A stretch of DNA of 64,000 bases from Candidatus Bathyarchaeia archaeon (lineage in GTDB: Archaea > Thermoproteota > Bathyarchaeia > Bathyarchaeales > Bathycorpusculaceae): NCBI GenBank assembly GCA_050012255.1, contig JBEKHN010000002.1, forward strand, positions 96,001 to 160,000, in the 5' to 3' direction. Every line of letters begins with the position of its first letter. Position 1 is the stretch's first letter. The notes under the pieces are model-generated. The model was not told the DNA's origin, did no database searches, and saw nothing but the letters and a program-made list of their open reading frames with translations. This document shows positions 57,431 through 64,000 of the stretch, in pieces. The translations under genes were made by a program, and so were the position numbers.

Positions 57431-57555
57431 TGGTAGCGGGGGGTTGATTTGAACAACCGCTAGAGGCAGCTTGATCTAGCTGCTATCTCTGGGTCCCTCA
57501 GAGCATTCGAGCTCTTATGAGCCCAGCGGGTTAATCCTGGCTACCCCACCCCGCT
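57431..57555 (-). tRNA. Initiator tRNA-Met(CAT) with two BHB introns (57495-57515 at 37/38; 57460-57484 at 47/48) and encoded CCA
   Basis: AGCGGGG/CCCCGCT acceptor (A1-U72); GGG/CCC anticodon-stem pairs; CAT anticodon; GGTTG-TTCAAAT-CAACC T arm; both inserts form bulge-helix-bulge motifs. Confidence 0.92.
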
Positions 57556-57685
57556 GCTTCTTTTATGCTGACGGGTTGCTCTCTTAAATCTTTTACCAAA
57601 AAGATTTGGCCTACAAGCAGAGTTTTCCGCCCTCCTTGAAGTCGCCTGGAAGACGGAAACGTTTTAGACTCGCAATGCTCACCTA

Positions 57686-58351
57686 TTGAGTTTGGTGCAT
57701 CGAGGCTTGAACAAACCCTATCTCAGACAGACATCAAGTCCAACCCTTAAGAATCCGATTTTTGTGCAAGGTCTTCCCGGGTTCGGGAACGTTGGCAAGA
57801 TTGCAGCTTACCTGTTGATGAAGTTTTCTGGAGCGAAGCTTTTTGCCGAGCTGTATTCACCCTCCTTCCCAGACTATGTTTCAATCAATTCCAAGGGGAT
57901 CTGTCATCTGCCGCGGTACGAGTTCTACGCCGCACCTACAGAAAAAAATGATTTCATCATAATGACAGGTGACACGCAGCCCTCTTTCGACGATGTGGTC
58001 GCGCATTACGCGCTCTGCAGTGAAACGCTGGATTTCATCGAAAAGAGAGGTTGCAGCTTCCTTGTAACGCTGGGCGGAGCACCCGTTAAAGATGAGAAGG
58101 CACAGGTGTACGTGGCGGCAACTTCACCAAGAATTGCGTTGGAATTTATGGAGAAAGGCGCCGTGATTTACAGCAAGGGCAGGGTCGTCGGGGCTACAGG
58201 TCTCACGTTGGGGCTGGCAAAGGAGCGCGGCTTAGAAGGTGTGTGCTTGCTGGGGACAACGACGGGCTTCAGAGCAGACCGAGGCGCAGGTTTTGCCGTG
58301 TTCAAGTTTCTGATGAAGGCTCTGGGCAACGAGGTAAAGGAAGGGTTATAA
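57686..58351 (+). CDS. PAC2 family (proteasome assembly chaperone-like) protein
   Basis: GLPGFGNVGKIAA, YSPSFP, TGDTQP, VTLGG, VGATGL, CLLG.T. Confidence 0.85.
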   Translation: MSLVHRGLNKPYLRQTSSPTLKNPIFVQGLPGFGNVGKIAAYLLMKFSGAKLFAELYSPSFPDYVSINSKGICHLPRYEFYAAPTEKNDFIIMTGDTQPSFDDVVAHYALCSETLDFIEKRGCSFLVTLGGAPVKDEKAQVYVAATSPRIALEFMEKGAVIYSKGRVVGATGLTLGLAKERGLEGVCLLGTTTGFRADRGAGFAVFKFLMKALGNEVKEGL

Positions 58352-58360
58352 GAGAAAACA

Positions 58361-58612
58361 TTGATTTTAAGTTTTCATCGAGGCGAGCGAAGGTTGACGG
58401 AACAAAAGCAGAAGGCAAAAGCTGGCTTCTTTAAGTCCAAGTACTGGAGAATGCTTCTCGTGCTTGTGATGGGTATCTTGCTGTTTGGAGCACCATACGC
58501 AACGTACATTTTGCACACTCACTACACCATTTCAACGATCGCCGGGTTCGGAGCCGTCTTCCTAGGTTTGTTGCTGATGTGGTACCTGATTAGAACCAAA
58601 GTCATTTCCTGA
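58361..58612 (+). CDS. Small 2-TM membrane protein
   Basis: Basic N-terminus and two hydrophobic helices; start may be TTG near 58394. Confidence 0.5.
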   Translation: MILSFHRGERRLTEQKQKAKAGFFKSKYWRMLLVLVMGILLFGAPYATYILHTHYTISTIAGFGAVFLGLLLMWYLIRTKVIS

Positions 58613-58806
58613 GTACAAGCTGTTTCTGCCTCAGATACCCTAGAGTACATCACCTTTTCAGACATTATGATTCGTCATCGGCAGGTCTAAACGTGCGTGA
58701 GCCCTGTTAAAAATTGTTCGGTTGAAAGAGGTTAGCAAAACATATAGTCTAGCCAACGGCAATTACCTGTGTTGGACATTATTCTTTGAGCAAAGAGTGT
58801 GCAAAG

Positions 58807-59151
58807 ATGAGCCAAGATGAGAAGAGCGCTTTGAAAACTGGGTTAACGCAGCCCGCAAAATTGGCTGATCTGGTCGCCTACCAGGAAGGTTCTGTCGTGA
58901 GTAGAACAATTGTCGAAAAGAAGTCGGGAACCGTTACGTTTTTCGCTTTTGATAAGGGAGAGGGACTGAGTGAGCATAAGGCACCATTTGATGCTTTGGT
59001 TTACGTTGTCGATGGAGAAGCAGAGGTCACGATTGCCGGCAAATCTTTTGTGCTGAAAGAGGGAGAGATGATCGTGATGCCGGCCAACAACACGCACGCC
59101 TTGAGGGCGACTCGAAGGTTTAAGATGCTCTTGGTGATGATCCGGACCTGA
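58807..59151 (+). CDS. Cupin domain protein
   Basis: VVSRTI, FAFDKGEGLSEHKAPFDA, MPANNTHAL.A, FKMLL. Confidence 0.9.
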   Translation: MSQDEKSALKTGLTQPAKLADLVAYQEGSVVSRTIVEKKSGTVTFFAFDKGEGLSEHKAPFDALVYVVDGEAEVTIAGKSFVLKEGEMIVMPANNTHALRATRRFKMLLVMIRT

Positions 59152-59195
59152 GTATGCTTCAATATGCTCCTGCAGAGACACAAATTATATAAAAT

Positions 59196-59801
59196 ATGCT
59201 GAGAGATATACCAGTTATGGAGAACGACAAAGAGAAAAAACTTGAAGAAATGGTTAAGAAAGGCAGAAGTTCAGCCAAGAGAACAACAATAATCCTTGAG
59301 AAAGATGAAAGAGAGTTCATCGACTCCTTGATCCGTGAGGGAAAGGAACCTGGTATCAAACCTCTCATCTCCAAGATGCTAGATGTCTACAGAAGCATGA
59401 TGGTTTACGATTGGCGTTTTCCCGGCGAGTACTACTGCGGCATCAGCCGCATAGCCTTCGTGAATGTCGAACTGCTCAACATCCTGATCCAAAACACTCC
59501 GCGGGAGAAATGGCGCGAAATCGGCAGAACAATGGGTGAAGCTACAAGGGTGTCGATTGAAACCACTCTGGGAATACGAACACAGGACCGCGAGAAATGG
59601 TCAGATGTTTTCAAGCGGTTGCGAGTGCAGGGCTTTGGTGATTTCTATCTGAAGGACAAGTACCTTCTTATAAAAACGCCTTTCATTGGCGAATCTGAGA
59701 TCTGGGCTGGCCTACTGGAGGGCTTGTTTGATATAGATTTGGACGTGAAAACCACTTCTTCTCCGTTGGTTTTCGAAATGATAGAAAAAGACACAAAATG
59801 A
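59196..59801 (+). CDS. Hypothetical protein, RHH-like N-terminus plus V4R-like domain
   Basis: KRTTIIL strand-helix; WREIGRTMG, QGFGDF, GLLEGLF patterns. Confidence 0.5.
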   Translation: MLRDIPVMENDKEKKLEEMVKKGRSSAKRTTIILEKDEREFIDSLIREGKEPGIKPLISKMLDVYRSMMVYDWRFPGEYYCGISRIAFVNVELLNILIQNTPREKWREIGRTMGEATRVSIETTLGIRTQDREKWSDVFKRLRVQGFGDFYLKDKYLLIKTPFIGESEIWAGLLEGLFDIDLDVKTTSSPLVFEMIEKDTK

Positions 59802-59861
59802 ACGAATAGATCTTATACTTCATAAGCCAAGATTTGAAGGAAGGCTTGAGAGGAGAGTTAA

Positions 59862-60917
59862 ATGTCACTTCACGAAGCGATGCTTTACCAGAAGTTGGAG
59901 GACAAGAAAGTCAACTGCTACCTCTGTGCGAGAAGATGCCATATAAACGACGGAGGGACAGGCTTCTGTCTGGTAAGAAAGAACAATGGTGGCACTCTTT
60001 TTTCGCTCAACTATGCTAAAGCAATATCTGCTGGCGTGGATCCTGTGGAGAAGAAGCCGTTGGCACACTTCAACCCAGGAGCCTTGGTCATGTCCATCGC
60101 TACAGTGGGCTGCAACTTCCGCTGTCAGTTCTGCGACAACTGGATGATCAGCCAAGAGAAGGAGATAGCAGGCAACCCCCTTCCCCCTGAAGAGGTCGTC
60201 AAGGCTGCCAGAGACAACGACTGTCAGGGAATAAGTTACACTTACACAGAGCCCACGATATTCTTCGAGTATGCTTACGACACGTCCAGGCTAGCACATG
60301 AAGTCGGGTTCTTCAACACGTTTGTGACAAACGGTTACATGACACCAGAGGCTGTAAAGACTATAGCACCATATTTAGATGCTGCAACCGTAGACTTCAA
60401 GGGCGGCGGAGACCCAGAATTCTACAAGACTTTTTCAGCTGTTCCTTCGGTTGCCCCCATTTTCGAGGCTCTGAAAGAGATGAGAAGGAACAACGTCCAC
60501 GTTGAAATCACGAACCTAATCGTGCCGAAATCAGGAGATTCTCTAGAGAGAATAAAAGAGCTCGCAATTTGGATTAGAGACGGCATCGGCAAGGACACAC
60601 CGTTCCACCTACTGCGTTTTCATCCTGACTATCAGTTAACCTCAATCCCCGCAACACCGATCGAAACATTGGAGAAGGCCTACATGACCGCGAAAGAAGC
60701 TGGACTAAACTACGTTTACATTGGAAACGTGCCAGGGCATCCAAGCGAGAACACCTATTGTCCAAACTGCAACGAAATGCTGATCAAGCGGTACAGCTTC
60801 GCGGTCACGCGGTGGAATCTGACCAAGGACATGCGCTGTCCCGTCTGCGGACAAAGTGTCCCGATCAAGGGCACACTGCACCCAAGCGGGCACTCGCTTC
60901 CCTACGCCCTCTTCTGA
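59862..60917 (+). CDS. amrS: AmmeMemoRadiSam system radical SAM enzyme
   Basis: C.LC.R.C.I...G.C.VR; DPVEKKPL.HF; GCNFRCQFCDN; YTYTEP; YVYIGNV; CP.C. Confidence 0.9.
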   Translation: MSLHEAMLYQKLEDKKVNCYLCARRCHINDGGTGFCLVRKNNGGTLFSLNYAKAISAGVDPVEKKPLAHFNPGALVMSIATVGCNFRCQFCDNWMISQEKEIAGNPLPPEEVVKAARDNDCQGISYTYTEPTIFFEYAYDTSRLAHEVGFFNTFVTNGYMTPEAVKTIAPYLDAATVDFKGGGDPEFYKTFSAVPSVAPIFEALKEMRRNNVHVEITNLIVPKSGDSLERIKELAIWIRDGIGKDTPFHLLRFHPDYQLTSIPATPIETLEKAYMTAKEAGLNYVYIGNVPGHPSENTYCPNCNEMLIKRYSFAVTRWNLTKDMRCPVCGQSVPIKGTLHPSGHSLPYALF

Positions 60918-60950
60918 CAAGTCCAAAGCGTTGAGTAAGACTGATTAGAA

Positions 60951-62042
60951 ATGTGGAGACTCCATCGCCCAGATGCCCTTGCCGTTCTCCGAGATGAATC
61001 AGCAAAGAAAAGTCTGGCCAGATACTTCGCCGTCATGCAGGATGAGAAGCCCGCAAAATTCATTATCGCCAAGAAGCTTTCGGCCGAATTCAGTGAAAAA
61101 GATTCAGCTAATACGCTCTGGCAAAAACACGCAAGCCTTACTCAGAAGTTTTGCGAAATCGAAAGAGAAATTGACCATGGCCACAAAAACGTGGCGAAGA
61201 TGCCGACTCCAAGCAAATCTTACCTTGACCTGAAAATTGAAATCGCAAACAGAATTCTGCTTTCCTGCCACTTTTGCACACGCAAGTGTCAGGTCAACAG
61301 GCTGAATGGGCAACTAGGCTATTGCCGATGCGGTTCAAAGATTACGGTTTCAAGCATTTTTGAGCACACGGGCGAAGAGCCTGAACTTGTGCCTTCGGGA
61401 ACCGTTTTTACGATGGGCTGCACGATGCGCTGCAAGCACTGCCAAAACTGGACGATCTCTCAATGGGAGGAAACAGGCGAAGTCTACGAGCTGAACGCAT
61501 TAGCCGAAGAGGTGAAGCAACTGCGCCTAAACGGTTGCAGGAACATCAATCTCGTAGGCGGAGAACCGACGCCTTGGCTTCAACAATGGCTCAGCACGTT
61601 CAAGCGTGTTGACATCAACGTCCCGGTTGTCTGGAACTCAAACACGTACTACAGCCCAGAGACAGCCAATTTATTAGCAGGCTTTGCCGACGTTTACCTG
61701 TTAGATTTCAAATACGGACCGGGAGATTGTGCAGAAAAGATCTCTGCCGCTCAGAGCTACTGGGAAGTTTGCACTTGCAATCACTTGGAGGGTAACAGAT
61801 TCGGAGAACTCATAGCGCGCATCCTTGTCCTACCAAATCATCTGGAGTGCTGTGCAAAGCCGATCATCAATTGGATAGCCGAGAATCTGGGCGCTGACAC
61901 GAGGGTCAACGTCATGTTCCAGTACAGACCGGAGTGGCGTGCGTGCGAGGTTCCAGACTTGCGTAGGAGGCTAACAAGCGCTGAGATGGACAGGGCTATT
62001 CAACTGGCCAGAGAGGCAAATCTGACAAACTTCATAACGTGA
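60951..62042 (+). CDS. Radical SAM protein, PflX-like
   Basis: CHFC.RKC.VNR..G.LGYC; H.GEEP.LVPSGT; CTMRCKHCQN..ISQ; R.LVLP.H..CC; QYRP. Confidence 0.85.
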   Translation: MWRLHRPDALAVLRDESAKKSLARYFAVMQDEKPAKFIIAKKLSAEFSEKDSANTLWQKHASLTQKFCEIEREIDHGHKNVAKMPTPSKSYLDLKIEIANRILLSCHFCTRKCQVNRLNGQLGYCRCGSKITVSSIFEHTGEEPELVPSGTVFTMGCTMRCKHCQNWTISQWEETGEVYELNALAEEVKQLRLNGCRNINLVGGEPTPWLQQWLSTFKRVDINVPVVWNSNTYYSPETANLLAGFADVYLLDFKYGPGDCAEKISAAQSYWEVCTCNHLEGNRFGELIARILVLPNHLECCAKPIINWIAENLGADTRVNVMFQYRPEWRACEVPDLRRRLTSAEMDRAIQLAREANLTNFIT

Positions 62043-62115
62043 AGTCCCTTCTTCGAGAGCGAAACGTATTTCTCAAGCTGCCCTCACTTCTAGACGCAGA
62101 AACGAGTGAACAAGA

Positions 62116-62322
62116 ATGCCATATTGTCCCGAATGTGGCGGCGAAATGCAGTACATGATAGCCACCAAGCACTACGTGTGCAAGAGCTGCGGGCTCTCTG
62201 TGACGCAGCAGGAACTGATGGAACTGAGAGAAAAACTCAGACCCAACATGGAGTCTGAGGAAGAAGAGCGTCAGAAGCAGAAGAAAGAATACCTGAAATG
62301 GTACTTGAGCAAGAAGAAATAG
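62116..62322 (+). CDS. Small zinc-ribbon protein
   Basis: CPECGG...YVCKSCG, C-terminal EYLKWYL. Confidence 0.75.
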   Translation: MPYCPECGGEMQYMIATKHYVCKSCGLSVTQQELMELREKLRPNMESEEEERQKQKKEYLKWYLSKKK

Positions 62323-62416
62323 GACTAGCCCTCAGCTTTTCAAGACGAAAGCCAGCAAACAGCATAAAAGAATGAACGGCTTTTCAATGATCGCTCAAGC
62401 AGCGGAGAAGTCTTAA

Positions 62417-63250
62417 ATGAGCGTTAAGATGGAAATAATCTGCGTTGGCAACGAATTGTTGATCGGCAAAACCCTGAACACGAACGCTCAATGGCTAGCA
62501 AAGCGTGCCACCACTCTGGGAGTATTTGTGCACAGAATAACGGTCGTAGGCGACGACGTTAATGAAATTGCCAGCGCAATGCGCGAGTCTCTTAGACGCA
62601 AGCCACGTTTCATAATAACAACGGGTGGACTCGGCCCGACTTTTGACGACAAAACGCTCGGAGGAATTGCCAAGGGCTTAAGGCAGAAGCTTGAAGTCAA
62701 CGATGAAGCCCTGCAGATGGTCAGAGGGAAATATGAAGCCCTTCTGAGGGAAGGCAGAATAGAGAAGGTTGAGCTGACCCCTGCAAGAGTTAAAATGGCA
62801 ACGTTTCCAGAGAGTACAAAACCGCTGCACAATTCTGTTGGCACCGCCCCAGGGATGATAGCGAGTGCTGATGGGACGTTCTTGATAGCCTTGCCCGGCG
62901 TTCCCCCGGAAATGGAGGCTATTTTTGAGGAGTCGGTAGTGCCCATGCTCAAGAGAGACGCGGGGAAATCTGCCTTTTTTGAGGCAAGCATCTATGTCAA
63001 TGGCGTAATGGAGTCGAGCTTGGCGCCGCTGATCGATAAGGTTATGCATGAAAATCCTGATGTTTACATAAAATCGCATGTTTACACAAAGTCGCATCCA
63101 CAGGTTGAAGGAAGAAGATCCCATATAGAGCTTCACTTCTCCACAACGGCAGAGGACTCCAAGATCGCTAGGATCCGGTTGGGAAAGGCGATGACTCAGT
63201 TGTCAGAACTGATGCTGGAGAACGGCGGAAGAGTCAGCAAGGCGGCATAG
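62417..63250 (+). CDS. CinA-like molybdopterin-binding (COG1058) domain protein
   Basis: IICVGNELLIG..LNTN, TTGGLGPTFDD.T, GTAPG, LPGVP.EM, ES.LAP. Confidence 0.9.
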   Translation: MSVKMEIICVGNELLIGKTLNTNAQWLAKRATTLGVFVHRITVVGDDVNEIASAMRESLRRKPRFIITTGGLGPTFDDKTLGGIAKGLRQKLEVNDEALQMVRGKYEALLREGRIEKVELTPARVKMATFPESTKPLHNSVGTAPGMIASADGTFLIALPGVPPEMEAIFEESVVPMLKRDAGKSAFFEASIYVNGVMESSLAPLIDKVMHENPDVYIKSHVYTKSHPQVEGRRSHIELHFSTTAEDSKIARIRLGKAMTQLSELMLENGGRVSKAA

Positions 63251-63257
63251 AGAGCGG

Positions 63258-64000
63258 GTGAACACAACGGTCGCAGATTATCACGTTCACACGAAGGCTT
63301 CGCCAGACGCTGAGGGAAGCATGAAAGAATACTTGAAAAAGGCTGAACAGAAGAAGATTGAAGAAGTAGGATTCTCAGATCACATTTTTCTGCAGCATCT
63401 TGACGGTTATTCAGATTTTCTCGTCAATGCAATGCCTGCTTACGTTCAAGACTTCTTGGCTTTCAAAAAGAAAGCAGAAATACCGGTCAAACTAGGCGTC
63501 GAAGTGGATTTCTTTCCCGACATAATTGAGAAAATGGGAGCCTTCATTCGCAAGTACCCTTTTGACTACGTGATAGGGTCTGTTCATGTGATTGGTGAAT
63601 GGATAATTGACGAGCCTTCAACAAAAGATGAGTACTCAAGGAGAGACCCTTTCCAAACCTACGAGGAGTATTTCAGACTTGTCAGAGAAATGTGCGCATG
63701 CAGGCTGTTCGACGTTCTGGGCCATCCTGACCTGATCAAGATCTTTGGCACTAGGCCAGAGGAAGACCTGACCCAGATCTACGAGGACACTGCAGAGACG
63801 ATTGCAGGGTCCGAGATGTGTGCGGAGATTAATGCAAAGGGGTTGAATAGACCTTGTCGTGAGATCTATCCGGGTGAACAATTCTTGAAAATACTCCACG
63901 ATCACGATGTTCCCATAGTCTTTGGTTCAGACGCCCATGAGCTGAACGACTTGGGGAAGAATCTTGAAGAGGCCGTGAGACTTGCCAAGAAGGTCGGCTA
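63258..64000 (+). CDS. PHP-family histidinol-phosphatase (HisJ-like), 3'-truncated by window edge
   Basis: Not in the ORF track. GTG 63258 opens MNTTVADYHVHT...GFSDH...GVEVD...DYVIGSVH...GHPDLIK...EIN...GSDAH, running off the end. Confidence 0.88.
   Translation, partial: MNTTVADYHVHTKASPDAEGSMKEYLKKAEQKKIEEVGFSDHIFLQHLDGYSDFLVNAMPAYVQDFLAFKKKAEIPVKLGVEVDFFPDIIEKMGAFIRKYPFDYVIGSVHVIGEWIIDEPSTKDEYSRRDPFQTYEEYFRLVREMCACRLFDVLGHPDLIKIFGTRPEEDLTQIYEDTAETIAGSEMCAEINAKGLNRPCREIYPGEQFLKILHDHDVPIVFGSDAHELNDLGKNLEEAVRLAKKVG

Noticed and set aside
1-64000. CRISPR array, rRNA, or integrase-type island at either tRNA
   Set aside because: No regularly spaced short repeats, no rRNA-like sequence, no tyrosine or serine recombinase, and no duplicated tRNA 3' end seen.

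Overview
Archaeal chromosomal window. TFB, Alba, Gar1, L7Ae/S28e/L24e/L40e, BHB-intron tRNA, an Ftr homolog and PEF-CTERM beta-helix proteins fit Bathyarchaeia (inference from gene content). The left half is accessory: acyltransferase, YyaL, BtrH-like protein, surface protein, TldD/E, BASS transporter, kdpABC flanked by duplicated Lrp/AsnC-domain genes, and mgtA. It holds a complete 6,861-bp transposon (22448-29308) with 25-bp terminal inverted repeats and a target-site duplication. A single central IS6/IS1-like DDE transposase is flanked by defence-type cargo: a methyltransferase-nuclease fusion, and a subtilase plus PD-(D/E)XK nuclease pair. The right half is core: purM-S-L-Q, purF-purD, aspS, sucCD, ribosomal proteins and two tRNAs. 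purF-purD is translationally coupled to a HAD-like protein, a divergent Ftr formyltransferase and a PfkB kinase, where a GAR transformylase (PurN/PurT) would be expected. This is a candidate undescribed route for purine formylation. The initiator tRNA has two BHB introns. All family calls are from motif recognition by eye; no searches were run.
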